64,000 nt of DNA, from positions 34,162,001 to 34,226,000 of the forward strand of contig OZ024740.1 in NCBI GenBank assembly GCA_964016885.1. Reading direction: 5' to 3'. Positions 1 to 9,880 of this stretch are shown piece after piece (position 1 is the stretch's first letter; every line of letters starts with the position of its first letter). A model generated the notes under the pieces. It saw only the letters and a list, made by a program, of their open reading frames with translations. It searched no databases and had not been told where the DNA came from. This DNA comes from Eledone cirrhosa (lineage: Eukaryota). Position numbers and translations under genes: made by a program.

Positions 1-229
1 ATTTGGTATTCGATTCCTCAGAGCGGCCGATGGCAACTTCTTTTTCCGTATCTACGGGTCTTCTCTCTATTTTATAGCATTGTCGAGCACGAGCACATCA
101 TTCTTTATCATCTCAGTGCTTTGTAAAAGTCCGAGAGATCGGCTACGCATACACCGTATTTCACTTAGTTATTCACCCTTTACTGCAATAGTGAAAATTC
201 CAATAAGGGTTGGCTGTTGGAGAATCTCT

Positions 230-422
230 ATGCTGCTGCTTGAGCTACAAAAAACAGTAGCCAACTCTCTTACAAATCTTTCCCTACCATCTTAAAAAAG
301 AGACACATTGGATAATATAGGCATTGCTATAAAAACAGAAGTGATGGTCACGGCTTGAATGACTTTCGATCACAGATCTTCTCAATCAGGGCTGACCGGA
401 GGCTAAACAACTACCACCACCA
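230..422 (+). mobile_element. Decayed 3' part of a SINE-like interspersed repeat
   Basis: GCTACAAAAAACAGTAGCCAACTCTCTTACAAATC...CATCTTAAA resembles 16200-16330 (GCTAAAGATCACAGCCAAATCTCCCT...CATCTTAAAC). It ends in GGCTAAACAACTACCACCAC, a decayed (AAC)n-like tail. Family assignment is from memory of cephalopod repeats. Confidence 0.4.
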
Positions 423-611
423 ATCCCCACTACATACACATCTCATCTCAACCTCTCTATATATAAGCTCCTCTTTTCTCTTTCCAACTCCTACATATTC
501 CCTTTCCATAATGGACGTCCACAGTCTCTATATAAAATCCGTCTTTATGTTCTCTTCCAGTTTTATTCTTCTCCATTCTTTCCCACCCTTTTCATTTCCT
601 TTTATATATTG

Positions 612-740
612 TGAAGGCGTGTGGTTGAGTGGTTAGAGAATTGTATTCACGATCTTGAGGTTGTGAGTTCGATTCCTGGACCGGGCGATGCGTTATGTCC
701 TTGAGAAAGACACTTTATTTCACGTTGCTCCTTCTACCTG
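612..740 (+). mobile_element. tRNA-derived SINE head (5' fragment)
   Basis: Pol III A-box-like TGGTTGAGTGGTTAG and B-box GAGTTCGATTCC at tRNA-like spacing, followed by GTCCTTGAGAAAGACACTTTATTTCACGTTGCTCC, which is SINE body rather than a tRNA 3' end. Confidence 0.6.
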
Positions 741-894
741 GAGTTGCGACCGATAGTTAGTATTAGCAATTGGAAAGACCAATGGAAACATTGTTTCATC
801 GGTTCGATTTGACGAAAGTCGATCGTTCCTTTTTATATATTGTAGCGTTTTCATTTTTTGGAGATTTTTTTTGTGAAACATTCTTGTATGATAG

Positions 895-1084
895 AGCCAT
901 GGATTGGCAGTATCGGTAGAGAGTCGGACACCATGCTTTCGAGCATAGTTACGTCCCTTTACGGTCTGAGTTCAAATCCCGTCATGGTTAACTTTGCCTT
1001 TCATCCTTACGGGGTCGATAAAATAAAGTACCAGTAATGTACTGGGTAATTGCTGGCCTTGTGCCAAAAGTAGAAACAATTATT
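895..1084 (+). mobile_element. tRNA-derived SINE, copy A (internally deleted variant)
   Basis: B-box GAGTTCAAATCCC, core TTTGCCTTTCATCCTTACGGGGTCGATAAAATAAAGTACCAGT and ATTATT end. Homologous copies at 1284-1487, 15945-16130 and 16919-17038 (-). Confidence 0.75.
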
Positions 1085-1283
1085 CTCGTGCCCATTTCTA
1101 AATTCTCTGTTTTATTTGCGAGACTTAAGGAGAAAAGTCCGGCCCTTTATTTAGAATTTATTTTAGTTTTGTGGAGTTTTACACGAAGGAATTTTGGTAT
1201 TTTTTATGTATGATTCAAAGTACGCATCCCTCATAATTACTTTAGGCTGATACAGTTTTTACTCGTATTATTTGTCATTTTTA

Positions 1284-1487
1284 GGGCGGTGGAGTGTCGG
1301 ATACCATGCTTTGCAGCATAGAGTTACGGCCCTTTACGGTCTGAGTTCAAATCCCGTCGAGGTTAACTTTGCCTTTCATCCTTACGGAGTCGATAAAATA
1401 AAGCACCAGTAACATACTGGGGTCGATTTAATTGACTTCCTCTCCCCCCCAAATTACTGGCCTTGTGCCTAAACTAGAAATCATTAT
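1284..1487 (+). mobile_element. tRNA-derived SINE, same family as 895-1084
   Basis: Shares the B-box and core with copy A. Retains the GTCGATTTAATTGACTTCCTCTCCCCCCC segment that copy A lacks and ends in ATCATTATT. Confidence 0.75.
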
Positions 1488-1632
1488 TTGTCCTTTTTGA
1501 GTGTGGTAGTGGTGAACCGGACGAAATTGGTCAGGTGTTGATATGAACCGAGTTCCAAGAGTAAGTTGATACGTAATATGGCATCAGCGAATGGAAGACA
1601 CCAAATAGGTGTTAAGCGTATTACTCATGCAG

Positions 1633-2027
1633 TCTTCTTCTTCTTCTTCTTCTTCTTCTTCTTCTTCTTCTTCTTCTTCTTCTTCTTCTTCTCCTCCTCC
1701 TCCTCCTCCTTCTTATTCTCCTCCTCCTCCTCCTTCTCCTCCTCCTCCTCCTCCTCCTCCTCCTCCTTCTCCTTCTTCTTCTTCTTCCCCCCCCCCCCTT
1801 CTCCTTCTTCTTCTCCCCCCCCCCCCCCCCCCCCCCCCCTCCTTCTTCTTCTCCCCCTTCTCCCCCTCCTCCGTCTCCTCCTCACCCCTTCTCCTCCTCC
1901 TTCTTCTTCTCCTCCTCCTCCTACTCCGTCTTCCCCCTCCTTCCCCTCTCCCCCCTTCTTCTTCTTCTTCTTCTTCTTCTTCTTCTTCTTCTTCTTCTTC
2001 TTCTTCTTCTTCTTCTTCTTCTTCTTC
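1633..2027. repeat. Compound (TTC)n/(TCC)n/poly-C polypyrimidine microsatellite
   Basis: Seen directly: long (TTC)n runs at both ends around a (TCC)n/C-run core, with only a handful of purines. Confidence 0.97.
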
Positions 2028-3380
2028 AAATCGTTGCTGTACCGCATGGCCTGTAACCTTGCATCAATTCCGATTCTATTTACACAGTCCTCAAAACTGT
2101 CCGATATACATCCCAATGCTCCAATCACCACTGGAATCACTAAAACCTTCTTCATTCCCCACAACTTCCCAACCTCCTCCTTCAGTGGCTCATACTTCTT
2201 TATCTTCTCATGCTCTTTATGTTTCACTCTATTTTCTTCTAGGACATATCTATCGATAATTTGGGCCTCTTTTTTCTTCTTGTTCACAAAATATCTGGCC
2301 TTCTTGCCTCAATCATTCTATCGTATTGAATGGCGAAGTCCCACAAAAGCTTAAATTCGACATTCGCTCATACTCCTTCTGGTCTCTGCTCATACCATTT
2401 AGTTGCACTGACTAACCCATATTTCTCAATGTATATATCTGGCAACATTATCATGATGCTTAATGTAGTTAGTTGGAAGAGCCTGCTCCTGGGAGCTGTA
2501 CACCAGAGGTTCAGTGCATCCTTTCAGATTGCCATTTTTATGCCACGACTAACTCTTTTCCCATTCAAAGCCTATTTTATCTTTTGTGTACTGTCCATAC
2601 ATAAGTTTATCCTTCCATTCCTTTTCAAGTTCATTTTTTACTTTCTTCCTACATTCATTGGGTGCTACTACATCAGCAGATTTCTGTGTGTCGAAGTCTC
2701 TTACTTTTGACATGATGTAACCCTTTACATTTTTAAGGTACCAACGTAGGTTGTTCGCTTTTAACACAATTTTTCACAACTTATCAGTCCTCTACCTCCG
2801 TTCTTTCTTCCAATATAAACTCTCGCGACATCACTCTTTGGGTGGAATTCGTTATGCATTGTCATCAATTCCCTAGTTTTCCTATCAATACTTTCCAATT
2901 CAACCTTCCACCATTTAATAACTCCTGCCCCATAGCGCATGAGAGACACAGTCCATGTATTTTTTTTACCTTGATCTTATTCCTTCCATTCAATTTAGAT
3001 GACATTACAAGTTTCATTCGCTTGATGTATTCTTTTTTAAATATCTCCTTCATTTCTTTCTCTTTCTCCCACTTTTTTTAATAGTCTGGCCATTTACAAG
3101 CTTAATCCCTCTATTCTGTGTTAGTTTTCTACGTTTCAGAGTTACAACACCATATTTTTTTTATCCCACACTCCATCCCAATATCCTGACTAATCAGGTT
3201 TACAATAGATGTTAAGCTATCAATTCAAATAACTTCAAATCATCCATGAATAATAGATGGTTGATCTTAATACCATCTAACACATATCACATTTTCCCTT
3301 TTCTAAGGATTTCGGTCATGAGGATCATACAGTGACAAATAAGAGTGGTGATAACCTGTTTCTCTGAAATATGCCGCTTC
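2028..3380 (-). mobile_element. 5'-truncated, frameshifted R4/Dong-like non-LTR retrotransposon (RT + restriction-like endonuclease)
   Basis: Minus-strand translations give RT motifs GIFQRNRLSPLLFV (~3340-3378) and INHLLFMDDLK (~3235-3266), post-RT SLMRYGAGVIKW...FHPKSDVARVYIGRKNGGRGL, and RLE motifs LLWDFAIQYDRMIEARRPDI, KKKEAQIID, EKIKKYEPLK, VIPVVIGALG. Many frameshifts. Confidence 0.85.
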
Positions 3381-3411
3381 GTATGTTAACAGAGCGTAAC
3401 TGTTAACATAC

Positions 3412-3525
3412 TAACAGCTATAAAACGGTGATAGCAAACACAACAATTATAACAATGAAAACACGACAACAACAACATCAACAATAACAACAATAGCTAT
3501 AAAAACAATAACAGCAACAAGAACG
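3412..3525. repeat. Degenerate (AAC)n/(AAT)n simple repeat
   Basis: ACAACAACAACATCAACAATAACAACAATAGC; AGCTATAAAA occurs twice. Confidence 0.7.
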
Positions 3526-3779
3526 AGTCACCTAGCAAACCAGTCAAAAATGTCAGCACTAGTGGTAAGATATCTGTCGCTAATGCTATGAAATCTTTCT
3601 TCCACTAAGTTACTTACTCTGAGGAAGAAGTACAAAACAAATGGCTGATGGAAAGAGCTGGCCCTACTGTCAAACTCAACACTTGTTAACACCACCCAAA
3701 ATATAGTCTGTTGCACGGTGACGTACTGTGTTATTGGTTTAAAAAAGGAAGGAAGAGAGAACAGAGGCTCAAATACAAA

Positions 3780-5240
3780 TGGCTTTAGGTTCCATATGGA
3801 AGTTGAGGTGAAATTTGTGACAGAAGAGAAAGCAAGATCTCTGTATGAGGCTCTAGAACCATTCTGCGAATTCACTGACAGCACCGAGACACTAGAAGGA
3901 GTTGAGAAATATGTGAAGCGAACGGAACTGATATTCACTATACAAGATGTAATCACTGATGTTAAAAAGAAACATCTGATACAGATATGGGGTGGGGTGA
4001 TGATCCCATGACTTTTCTATCATACAGGTAAAGTCAAAACAGAAGATTCATTCATCCAAACCGCGAAAAACACCAAGGATTGTTTGAAAGCAGCAATGAA
4101 TCAAGTATATCCCATATACAAACACTTCCGTGTCATTCCTCAGGGTAACAAGACGTTTCAGACAGGTATCCTCAGGTTTTAGAGCAAGTAATGAGATATC
4201 CACTAGGTAATTCTACACTAGTACCTGCAGTCAGAGATGCCACCGCCATGCAAGCTTCAAGCTCCTCTCGCATTCGGAAAAAAGCCATCCAGAAGGACCT
4301 GTTTATGAAACACTGGTTATACTTGGGTTTACTCGTGAGACAACTGACAAGCAAGCGAAGGCTGTACATTCCATTAAGACACCTCATGAGACTCACGACA
4401 AGAGAGCTATCTGTGATAAATGTGGGTCTGAGGAAAAAGGCTTATCTAAGTGGATCATGTCCAGCCAAAGGTAAAAAATGTGGAGTTTGTGGGGAAAGAG
4501 GATATTTCCCGAAAGCTGAGGTTTGCAGTCGGAAAAGAAACGACTAGTCCGTTATCAGACATAAAGGCTCCTGTTCGGGATAACAGAAGTTGAGATTTCA
4601 GCGAGAGCAGCGTAGACAATGATGTTGGTTGTGTAGTTGTGTGATTTGTAGCCACAGATAAGTGACGATGAAATTGTGAAAGTCTAAGTCTTCATAAATG
4701 GTAAGGAGACATTCAAACAAGTTGATTCTGACTGTAGTAAGACTGATTAGCAACAATGAGTTCAAGAAACTGAATTGTGGCAGTAAATTTTGTTCAATCA
4801 ATGCCAAGTTCACATTTTATGGCACAAAACAACTGCTCCTAATCAAAGGTCGTGCCAAATTAACACTAGGTTCGGTAGGTGGTTCAAAACTAGTCTCATG
4901 GATTTACATATAGATGATAAAAGTAAATCCTTGTTCGGTTTTGAAGATGCACTTAGCATTTTGCCAACTAACCCAGAAGCCATTGTTGTCAACGCTAACA
5001 ACGCAACACTATCGAGCTCCACAGAAAAGATACTCCAAGAAGTTGATCACATATTTGATAGAATTGGATCATTCGATGGTTTAAGATAGATAGGTATGTT
5101 ACACCAGTAGTTCAAAAATATAATCCTATTCCTCTGACGTACAGAGATAGAGTTGATAAACATAGATGAACTTTTAGCTAATGATATTATTGAAGGACCC
5201 TTGGGCTCTAAAGAAGATTTACAATGGATATCTAAATGAA
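3780..5240 (+). mobile_element. Heavily decayed Ty3/Gypsy gag-protease-RT start relic
   Basis: Gag-like EKYVKRTELIFTIQDVITDVKKKHLIQIWGG, decayed zinc knuckle CPAKGKKCGVCGERGYFPKAEVC, protease-region remnant, and RT-start-like IDELLANDIIEGP...WIS (~5160-5235). Multiple stops and frameshifts; no LTR seen. Confidence 0.65.
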
Positions 5241-5574
5241 ATATGTTTAGAAACATTACTGCAACTGTAAATCTAAATCCACTAACTTGAATACAATTCT
5301 GATTATAATTATTTTCCTTTTTGCAAATTCTGTATCTGTATCTGATTGTTCAAATATACAGAATAAAATATCAACGCATAAAGTTCCATTAGCCGAAAAT
5401 GTTTCCCGTTTGCTGAAAATTGTTATTACTATATTCATTTGTTTAATATTATTATAGCTTAAGAATTATTATCATTGAATTTCATTAAACCTTTATTAAA
5501 TTAGTCAATATGACTCGTTGTCAGGCTATTGAATGCTGAAGATAAGGAGAGCTTCAGGCCTTCGCTCATTAGTT

Positions 5575-5922
5575 AGTTGGCAGTACTTCACGGAGGATAT
5601 AAACAGCAGAACCTAGAAACACCAAACAATGGAGAGTATTTATTTCGTAGAAAAAGCTATCTCACTTACCGCTTTTCACAGGCGCCGCTAAATTCCACTG
5701 CAGGTACTCCTCTTCCACGTGCGTCCGACTGCTTAAAACCGGGAGCTGCCCAAAACGCGTCCTCACCGTATGCTAGTCACCACTAGAGAGAGGCCCTCTC
5801 CTGGCCCTTCCGGTCGAACATCCTTCCGGTCAAAGACCCCTTCCGGTCGAACACTCAAAAACCCCTTCCGGTCGAGCACTCCCCCCCCGCCCCCGGCCAC
5901 CGCACGCCACACCATACCCACA
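5575..5922 (-). repeat. 3' LTR
   Basis: 5648-5922 matches 9591-9874 with about 4 substitutions and a 9-bp indel in the GC-box run. Continues on the minus strand through AATAAA (5639-5644) and a GT-rich downstream stretch. Exact distal end uncertain. Confidence 0.85.
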
Positions 5923-5931
5923 CGCCCCCTG
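5923..5931 (-). other. Polypurine tract (plus-strand primer site)
   Basis: Minus strand reads ...GATCAGGGGGCG|TGTGGG, between the pol stop (5947-5949) and the LTR start. Confidence 0.7.
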
Positions 5932-5946
5932 ATCTCAAGGATCAAT

Positions 5947-8810
5947 TTACCCCTCGTCCCTCTGCATATGAAAGTCTGCCGTCCAGGTCGGTGGTCTATA
6001 ACTCCGTTGCGATCTTCGTAGTATTGGGGCAGGGCTCTGGGTTTCCACCTCATCTTGGGTTTCCTCTTCCTCGGAGTCCGTCGATACAGTGATTCTTCTT
6101 ACATCCAGGACATGACGTGGTACCCCGTCCACGGACACATTGTTCTTTGAATTTACGGCCGTCACCGTTCCCCTTCCCCATTGAGATGTGCACCGTGCAT
6201 CTGGGGGTTCAACCCAGACTTCTTCGCCCACCTGCACGAATGCACTCTCTCTCCCCACTGGCCGTTGTGGTGGGGTGCACGGGTGCCGCCACTCGTATTT
6301 GAATACTGCTCTGTGTGGCACCGATTCCTCGACCTGTCCAACCCGAGGGGACATATTGTACCAGAACACTGCCTCCATTGGTGAGATATGGCCCCGCTCC
6401 GCCATTGCCTTGATCGTCCGGTGGTGTCGCTCCACGATTCCATTCCCGCTCGGCCTGTGCGCCGCTCTGAAGAAACGGTCTACCTTCCATCCCTCGAGCA
6501 TCCCCCTCAGTGCCTCCGAGCGGAACGCTGCGCTGTTGTCCATCAGCAGTTCGTCCACAGGGCCCCGCTCCAAGAACACCCCTCTCAACGTCCGCACGAT
6601 TTCCTCGGTCGTTCCGGTCTTCATCTCCCTCCATATCGCCATTCGACCTGGTCCACAGTCGACCATCGAGAGGTACGTTCCCTGCCAGTAGTGCGTCACA
6701 TCCACCACTAATCGCTTCCAGTCGCGATCCACCGGGAGGCTTCCCGTTTCGTGTACACCCGGGGCGGGATCAATGGACTGACATCGGACGCAGCCTCTAA
6801 CGACCCCCCGAACACTGTGTCTGCTAACGTCCGAGTCGATTCTCCTGGCTAGGAACAGGCTCCTATCCACCCCCATGTGGTGCATGTCATGCAACCCCTT
6901 CAGGTCTAACTCGGTCAGCCGACACACGGCAGCTATCTCATCCTCTACCTCCTCCGGCGCTTCCATCCAGGCTTTCTTCACTCTAGTTAAGATGTCCGCC
7001 CTATTTTTCTCTGAAGGCACGAACACTACGCTCAGCTTCAGGTCGAACTCGGTGGCCAGCTCTCCTAACGTTCCCAGGCGGCGCTTTATCAGCATCTCCG
7101 CCGCGCCTCTCGTTCGCACTCTCTTCTCACTGGTGAGCACTGATCTTACCCATCCGAGTACGGTAGCCGAGTCGGTGCGTATCTCGATGGTGCGCAGCCC
7201 CCACCGCAGGGCGAGGTTCACCCCTCTCAACACCGCGTCCAGCTCGGCCACATTGATGTGGCTGCAGTCGTCCTTCTTTCTAAGCCAGGCTGCATCCTCG
7301 ACCTCAACACCTCCTATCTCCAACGTGACACCCAGCGCTATGCTGCTGGCATCGCACCATACGGTCCCGCTCCGTGATTTGGGAACATACCAGCGTCCCC
7401 GCACTGGGTCGTCGGCCTTCACCCTCCCCAGGATCTCCTGCATCATGGCCACCGTTCTCTCTCCCACTCTGTCACTCCAAGTCACCCCTCCCGCTCGTCT
7501 CTTGACATAGCTGCATGCCGTCCGGAGCCACCCAGCGATCGGGTAGTGACCCACCAGCTTTCCACACACCGAGAAAAGCTCCCGCCTATTCATACTTGGG
7601 CTCAGTTCCGGAACTTCGTTTCCCCTCTGGAACACCAAAACGCCCGTCTTATCTCGCCGTAGCCTAAGTCCCAGCGCGGCTCCTCCCTCCAATACTTCTG
7701 ATGGCTTCGCAGTCAGTCCATACCTCCGCAAATGGCTCGTGTCCTCCGCCGTCGACACCACCGACTCATCCACTAGGATGTCGTCAATGTAGGAGTTAGT
7801 AGCCCTCTATATCTTGTCGGCCCTCCCCAGAGCGGTCTTGAGGACCGCCGCCATGATCTTCGGTGCGGAGCTCAGCCCGAAACTGAGCCTGGTCAGGCAA
7901 TATGTCCGGCCCTTGTACCTGACCAGCTGATACCGCCAGAGCTTCTCATTTATATGCAACTGCAAGTAAGCCGACTTTAGATCCACGATCGCTGAACCCC
8001 CCGTCATGCGTCTCCACTCACGCAGGGTTTCCCCACAGACATCCGTGACCTCGCCACCCGTGTGGCATGACACGTGCTCGTTCAGCTCTCGATAGTCCAG
8101 CACCGGCCTCACCTTGCTCTTCGTGGGTTGCACCACCCCCATCAACGGCAATACTCCGCACTTCACCTCCTCATTCCAGGGAAGCAGTATGCCCTCTTCG
8201 ATCCATCTCTCTACTTCTCGCTCGAACTCGCCCCTAGCGTTTCCCTTCAATGTGTGTTGATAGCAGCCCACTTTGGTCTTCAGTGTTGGTGGTTCTCCCT
8301 TCCAGTACCACTCAACAACCCATCGCTGCCCATCAAACACGGCCTTGAAGTCCTTGTCCTGTACAGTGTAAGCGGGGTATTCCTCCTCGTGGGCCTTCTG
8401 GTTCTCATGACGTGCACTCACAGCGCATACCGATGCAGCGGCGCCAAACGACACACCGACATTGTTCACCGTGACGCCCCCTAGACGGCCAATCGCGTCC
8501 ATGCCCATAACCACGCCGATCCCATCCACCACACTGTCTACCACGATGGCGGAAAGCCTTATCGTCCTTCCCCGTACCGCTATTTCCATCTCGCTGCGAC
8601 CTCGGCATTCAATTTTCCTGCCGTCAACTGCCCTTACGCTGCTCTTCCCTCCCCACCTCTGCGCCACCCCCGCGGTCACCAGTGTCGTCGTACAGCCCGT
8701 ATCCACGAGGGCTCGCTGTGGCTTCCCCCTCACGAAGACTTCCACCACGGGCAGCGCCGCTACTCGTAAGGGGCAACTACCGGCGCAGTAGTTCCCCTTG
8801 GACCGTTTCC
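5947..8810 (-). pseudogene. pol: Gypsy pol (protease, RT, RNase H, integrase) with a single in-frame TAG
   Basis: ALVDTGC protease; RT VRPVLDYRELN, DLKSAY, FGLSSAP, then TAG at 7807-7809 followed in the same frame by RATNSYIDDILV; RNase H WCDAS/HINVAEL/TDS/NRADILTR; integrase H-H-C-C, VDVTHY, DNSAAF, GNGIVERHHRTIK. ORFs 7807..8748 and 5947..7773 are in one frame. Confidence 0.92.
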
Positions 8811-8811
8811 C
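8754..8811 (-). promoter_or_regulatory. -1 programmed ribosomal frameshift signal (slippery heptamer + H-type pseudoknot)
   Basis: G GGA AAC (8811-8805) in the gag frame, 5-nt spacer, stem AAGGGGAACTAC/GTAGTTGCCCCTT, and loop GCGCCG complementary to downstream CGGCGC. The -1 frame reads RSKGNYCAGSCPLRVAALPVVEVF into pol. Confidence 0.85.
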
Positions 8812-9521
8812 TGGCCGCAGTTAGTAGCGATGTGGCCTGGTCGCTTACACCGGTAGCAAATTATATCCGGCTTCGACTCTCTACAGTCTCTAGCCATATG
8901 AGGGCCGTTACACCTAAAACAGCGGCCCTTAAATTCTCGCGAACGGCCGCGTGCCGAGGTTGCCTCCCTTTGACCATTCCGCTGCCAGGTGTCCTGAGCC
9001 TCCGTAGTCGCTATCGCCACGACACTCTTTTTGGCATCTTCCGCTATGATCCGGGCTTGTTCCACCAGTGAACGCATTTCCATCTCCTTGTACCCCGGGA
9101 CCTGCTGCAGTTTCACCGCTATGTCGTCCGGAAATCCATTGATGAACGCCAACCGCACCGTGCGTTCGCATTCCGCCTGGTAACCGGCCAACATAGCCAA
9201 CCGCCTTATTTCCGCTGCGAAAATGTCGACGCGCTCACCATTCCACCTGATTCTCGCCAGCTTAGCAAAAGCCGCCAACGGTCCCTCGGCGAATGCATCC
9301 ATCAGACGCCTCTCAATCTTCTGCACATCTCTTTGGCTGTGCTCGTCCAACTCAAGGAAGAGTACCAACGCGTCGCCCTCGAGGTACAATGCAATGAGAC
9401 CGGCCACGTCTTCTATCTTCTGCAAGCCCGCGACCAGCCGAACCTTCCGCAGCCAAGCGACAACATCACCTTCCCCGGTGAATGGCCTGATAGTTTCGTT
9501 CATCCGTAGTCCTGTCGCCAT
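8760..9521 (-). CDS. gag: Gypsy Gag, 253 aa, two zinc knuckles
   Basis: Open ATG ORF with IRPFTGEGDVVAWL, YLEGDAL and AFINGFP, plus C-terminal CFRCNGPHMARDC and CYRCKRPGHIATNC. Confidence 0.92.
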   Translation of the reverse strand: MATGLRMNETIRPFTGEGDVVAWLRKVRLVAGLQKIEDVAGLIALYLEGDALVLFLELDEHSQRDVQKIERRLMDAFAEGPLAAFAKLARIRWNGERVDIFAAEIRRLAMLAGYQAECERTVRLAFINGFPDDIAVKLQQVPGYKEMEMRSLVEQARIIAEDAKKSVVAIATTEAQDTWQRNGQREATSARGRSREFKGRCFRCNGPHMARDCRESKPDIICYRCKRPGHIATNCGQGNGPRGTTAPVVAPYE

Positions 9522-9590
9522 CTTCTGATTTGTTTTGCGGCAAGTGTGTTTTTTTTTTTTTTTTTTTTAGTCGCCGAAATAGCTTGTGGT

Positions 9591-9874
9591 TAGAAAAAGC
9601 TATCTCACTTACCGCTTTTCACAGGCGCCGCTAAATTCCACTGCAGGTACTCCTCTTCCACGTGCGTCCGACTGCTTAAAACCGGGAGCTGCCCAAAACG
9701 CGTCCTCACCGTATGCTGGTCACCACTAGAGAGAGGCCCTCTCCTGGCCCTTCCGGTCGAGCATCCTTCCGGTCAAAGACCCCTTCGGGTCGAACACTCA
9801 AAACCCCCTTCCGGTCGAGCACTCCCCCGCCCCCGCCCCCGCCCCCGGCCACCGCACGCCACACCATACCCACA
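9591..9874 (-). repeat. 5' LTR, truncated at its 3' end
   Basis: Matches 5648-5922, but homology stops just before the AATAAA. No TGG-type primer-binding site follows. Confidence 0.88.
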
Positions 9875-9880
9875 CTGACG

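Larger units (their letters stand above)
5575..9874 (-). mobile_element. Young Ty3/Gypsy LTR retrotransposon (defective provirus)
   Basis: Direct repeats at 5648-5922 and 9591-9874, beginning TGTGGG on the minus strand. PPT-like AGGGGGCG abuts the 3' LTR. gag and pol follow the Gypsy order PR-RT-RH-IN. Left boundary is approximate; no TSD found. Confidence 0.93.

Noticed and set aside
80-636. Short ORFs 80..295 and 355..636
   Set aside because: Non-ATG starts, low complexity, overlap with repeat fragments, and no recognisable domain.
612-690. Possible tRNA gene
   Set aside because: A and B boxes are present, but I could not fold a convincing cloverleaf and the sequence continues into SINE body.
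1566-2354. Poly-F/S/P and poly-K/E/G ORFs
   Set aside because: Products of the trinucleotide microsatellite. Only the N-terminal part of 1625..2287 (-) is real LINE endonuclease relic.
5520-5650. Target-site duplication and canonical CA end for the Gypsy element
   Set aside because: No direct match to the right flank (CTGA/CTGAC) next to a plausible LTR end, so the boundary is left approximate.
6117-9528. Overlapping antisense and alternate-frame ORFs inside the Gypsy element (and similar ones within the Tx1 copies)
   Set aside because: Expected shadow ORFs of GC-rich coding sequence; no recognisable motifs. No env-like ORF fits between the pol stop and the PPT.
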